This document shows positions 60,210 through 64,000 of a stretch of 64,000 bases of DNA, one piece after another; position 1 is the stretch's first letter, and each line of letters opens with the position of its first letter. Both the position numbers and the translations under genes were made by a program. The notes under the pieces were generated by a model. It made no database searches. It was not told the DNA's origin and worked only from the letters and a program-made list of their open reading frames with translations. Location: contig JAANOX010000251.1 in the NCBI GenBank assembly GCA_020184695.1, forward strand, positions 62,001 through 126,000, written 5' to 3'. This stretch comes from Histomonas meleagridis 2922-C6/04-290x (lineage: Eukaryota; Protista; Parabasalia).

Positions 60210-60995
60210 TTAATCAAAACCATTTTCCATCTTCTTTGGATAAACAAACCGTGAACGCCATTTGAATTTGCCACCTCTTATGGCCTGGAACTGCGACGTT
60301 GGATTCTCAAACTCAATGAGAATTTTGCCTTTTGTTTTGGCCACTCTTGTGATTTTTCCGTATTTTTCGAACTCAGGGATAATGTCTGTTTGTTCTTCCT
60401 CATATGGAAGATTAGAAACCAGAACAGTTCTCGATTTGATGAGTTGAGTTGGATTGTCGATAATCTGTGGTGAGTGTTTCTCTGGTTCTTTTTTATCTTT
60501 CTGTTCATCAGGTTTTTTCTCAGGAGCTTTTGGCTTTTCTTCTGTTTCTTTTTTAATTTCTTCTGGTGGGGGTTTAGGAAGGGGATCCATTGGTGTTACA
60601 TTAATAGAATGGTAAACTATTGTGTAAGGTTTTGTATTAGGATAGTAAATTATCATTTCGTTTATTTGATAATATTCTTCATCATTAACTTTTACATAAC
60701 CAGAACAATGAGCAGAAATCGTGTCCCCAACTTTTTGTCCATCTGATCTAAATATTTTGTGTTCACCAGATATTAGAAGATTTTGGTAATTTTCTTTTGT
60801 AGTTTTTTGTTGTTCTGGAGTAGAAACCACAAGCTTTGCACCTTGGACATAATATTGGTTTATTGCAGAAGCATCAGTTGCAAAAGTTGTGTAAAATTGG
60901 TTCATGAAGCGGAGAGTAGCTTCATCATAGTTCATGTGGATTGAATGGATTATTATCGTACAATTGGGAATGGGTCCGACCAGATATAAATCCAT
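60210..60995 (-). CDS. NTF2-like plus RRM protein (G3BP-like architecture)
   Basis: FMNQFYTTF..INQYY (NTF2-like), a K/E/P linker, then VLVSNLP..FEKYGKI..KILIEFE (RRM). Confidence 0.8.
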   Translation of the reverse strand: MDLYLVGPIPNCTIIIHSIHMNYDEATLRFMNQFYTTFATDASAINQYYVQGAKLVVSTPEQQKTTKENYQNLLISGEHKIFRSDGQKVGDTISAHCSGYVKVNDEEYYQINEMIIYYPNTKPYTIVYHSINVTPMDPLPKPPPEEIKKETEEKPKAPEKKPDEQKDKKEPEKHSPQIIDNPTQLIKSRTVLVSNLPYEEEQTDIIPEFEKYGKITRVAKTKGKILIEFENPTSQFQAIRGGKFKWRSRFVYPKKMENGFD

Positions 60996-61389
60996 TTTTC
61001 GAACAAAGATATCTTAAAATCAAAAAATAATTTATAAACATTATAAATAGCATAATGCGTAATATCATTTTGATTTCACAAATATTAATTATTCTTGTTA
61101 AAATTTAAAACATATTGAATAAAGTTTGAGTTATATTCAAAAGATAATACTCCAATAGATAATATTATTTGGAGTATGTTCGTAGTATTTTAACAATTTT
61201 CTTCCAAATATGTTAAAATTTCATAATTACCCTCATTAATACATACTAAAGCATTGATTTTTTCATCAGCATTTGATATACATCCATTTTCATAAATATA
61301 TTTAAAGATATCGTTTCGATGGAATTTAATTGTTGTATCACGTTTTGATGTTGGGAATATTATTAAAAAAATATCTGATTGTCATCCAA

Positions 61390-61767
61390 AAGAACATTCA
61401 TATGAGTGTGGTTTTACTTTTTATTCAGCTTAATGATCAGTTCGATAATTGTTCGAAAATGGATCGAAAAGTTATCTGTTGTTTTTTTAGACGTTGATAT
61501 TAACGGTCAACAATTTGAATTAACGGTCTTGACGTTTGTCTTTCTGAAGAAGAATATTAATGTGATATGGATGAAATCAATGACTTTGCTAAGAAAATCG
61601 GAGCCAAATTTTATATCGAAACATCAGCAAAGACAGGTGAGAACATTGTCGAGATGTTCCGTTAAGTTGTTGAACTTGATGGATTAAGTTATGAACCCGA
61701 AACGACTGAATTTGTCGAAGCAAATGATGAGCAAAATGACCAAGGTGAGAAAAAGCAACGCTGCTGA
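61390..61767 (+). pseudogene. Rab/Ras-like GTPase 3' relic
   Basis: FAKKIGAKFYIETSAKTGENIVEMFR* (G5 motif) and a terminal Cys; internal TAA at 61663-61665. Confidence 0.7.
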
Positions 61768-62249
61768 GTAAAAGAAAAAAGTAAACATTATAAACTGAGC
61801 AAATTCTATTGTAATTTGTTCAGAATTTTCTCATTTATTAATACAAATTCCTTGTTAGAAATAGATCTATACATCAAATATCACATCGATCAAATCACAA
61901 ATTCTAACAAATTTTCTGTGATGACCTGTTTTTTTATCAGCCTGAGCGTTGCTTTTTGTATCAATTCTAGGTGATTCTGGATCATATGAATGCTGAACCA
62001 GATTCCATTAATTGTAAACGGTATTTATTGAACTATATGGAGAAGTATAGATTATCATATTACCAGATGATTGTTATGAAGAAATCTTTTGGAAATCGCG
62101 TTGGAACTATTCTTTCCATGAAAAAAATAAGTTGAGCTCAAGACACTTTATAACTGTATCGGTTCCAATGCCTATCGTATGACATTTTTTTTTGTACTGA
62201 CAATTGTATTTTCTCACAAATATTATGAACAGGGTTGTACATTATTTAA

Positions 62250-63446
62250 TTGATGGAACTTTCGAAATCATTAGAATCAATTGTCTTTAATCTTAACGAA
62301 AAAAATTTCGATCAATCGGTTCAAGCAACAATTAATTTATTTGTGGATAGGCTGCCATATACATTTAACTATCTTGTTTCTAGACTTATCTATTCAGCTT
62401 TTGTTTCTCAATCAAATAATGAAAATATATATATTAAATATTTATTAACTTTAAAAGAAAAAGAAGATGAAAAAGATAAAAACATAGGTGAACCTGAAGC
62501 CAATCTTGTTAAAATCTTTTATGAATATTTACTGAGAATAGAAAAGCAAGAATCATATTTCCTTCTTGAAAAGATGATAGAAGAAAAAATAATTGAACCA
62601 TCTTCAGTAAAGAACATGAACACATTTTATTTTTCTCAATAAATGAACACATAATGAATTTGACTTTAATCAAATAATTGAGCCATCACTTTATGAAAGA
62701 TGTTCATTTGTTAATACTGAAAATGTTTCATTAATTGATTATGCAGCATTTTTTTGTTCGATTAAATGTTTTAAATATTTGTTATTAAATAATTCGGATA
62801 TCATAAATACATCTAAATATGCAATTGCAGGTGGAAACTTAGAAATTATTCATTTATGTGAACAAAATAATTCATCATTTGAAAACGCATATGAAACAGC
62901 AATAGAATTTCATCAAAATGTAATTTTTCATTATCTTTATGAAAATAAAATTGGAAAATTTTCATCTTCAAACTCTTCTTTTACAAAATCGAATTCTGAT
63001 TTCGAAAATCAAGATAATTATAATTTAAATGAAGAAAATTTAATATGTCTTGGGAAAAAATGTATAAAATTTAATAATTATGAAATCTTCATGTTTTTAG
63101 AAAAAGAAGGAATGAAAATACATAATGAAATTATAGAAGAAATAGCATCAAAAGGAAATACATTTATAATAGAAAGTGATGTAGAAAGTCAACAAATTCC
63201 AAAAACAATTTTATTATATTCAGTTAAATCAGGAAATATAGAAATAGTAAAATTACTTTTAGATAAAGGAATTGATGTTAATGCAAAAACTATTCATTTG
63301 AATAATTTAGAATATGTTTTAATAATTTGGAATATGTTTTAATAATTTTGGATATGTTTTAATAATTTGAAACAGCACTTGAATTTGCTAACCGGTGGGT
63401 TTTCAGAGAAATAAAACAATTCCTTAGTGAAAAAGGTGCCATTTAA
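62250..63446 (+). pseudogene. Third DUF3447-like/ankyrin paralogue (internal deletion near 62640) with one 4-insert spacer
   Basis: The 80-nt spacer at 63292-63371 separates VNAKT from TALEFANRWVFREIKQFLSEKGAI* (C-cap). Confidence 0.8.
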
Positions 63447-64000
63447 TTTAGACTTTGGAAAGTGTTCTACTAATTTTTTGATAAGTTGCAGAATTGTATC
63501 ACTTAACAGAACTGGTGACTAGTGGTTTATCTTTTTTAGATTTTAGCAAAATTAAAATATCTCTTAATTGAGAGATGAAGCTCCAAAATAGGCGTATATT
63601 TAAATGATTTTTATATGAAAAATCTATATTTTCCCTGTATCCAGTGAGTTAAGAATCAATAATTATTCTGAGAAGACAATTTTTTAAACATGCAATGTAC
63701 CTTCCAATAGTAATAATATACAAGTATCCCCGAAGTACAATAGTACTTGAATTAATTTTTAAATATTTCAAAATGATCCAAAATAAAAAATAATAAATAA
63801 TTTCCATATGAAATTTTATATAAAAGCTATTCACAAAAAATTTTGGATAATCATGATATTATAATTTCAAAAATAGTTTATACAACTTATTTTATAATTC
63901 TTCAATTTTAAATTTCTAAATTAAATGATTTTTGAATAATACGAATTTACAAAATATAACAAAATGCAAAATATTATTCAGAATAACATAAAAATTAAAA

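Noticed and set aside
10246-60746. Numerous short antisense or overlapping ORFs (e.g. 11108, 16979, 20136, 36768-37150, 58043, 60474)
   Set aside because: These are shadow frames of real genes, often F/S/L-rich mirrors of K/E repeats, with no independent coding evidence.

Overview
AT-rich eukaryotic genomic DNA, most likely from a parabasalid protist. This is inferred from DUF3447-like/ankyrin genes, a BspA-type LRR gene, an IBD-type transcription factor and an intron ending in a trichomonad-type CTAACACATAG motif. The window holds about 30 genes or gene relics, including DOCK-like GEF, importin-beta-like, Myb, SDR, DnaJ, CK2-like kinase, TBC, NTF2-RRM and LCAT-like genes, several frameshifted pseudogenes and a MULE transposase remnant. 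The main signal is in the ankyrin genes (1165-6329 +, 52200-55928 -, 62250-63446 +, plus fragments). Every ankyrin repeat is broken at its beta-hairpin by a spacer, usually 80 nt, that parses exactly as four units of [17-nt A/T-rich insert + one codon]. Removing the 17-mers restores textbook D-x-x-G-x-T-A-L ankyrin junctions with no stops in all 39 spacers of the two long arrays. The inserts have no GT-AG ends, and some paralogous repeats have lost exactly one 17-mer. This points to a non-canonical ultra-short intron, recoding or excision system with 3-nt micro-exons. I know of no description of it, but could not search. The removal mechanism is inference.
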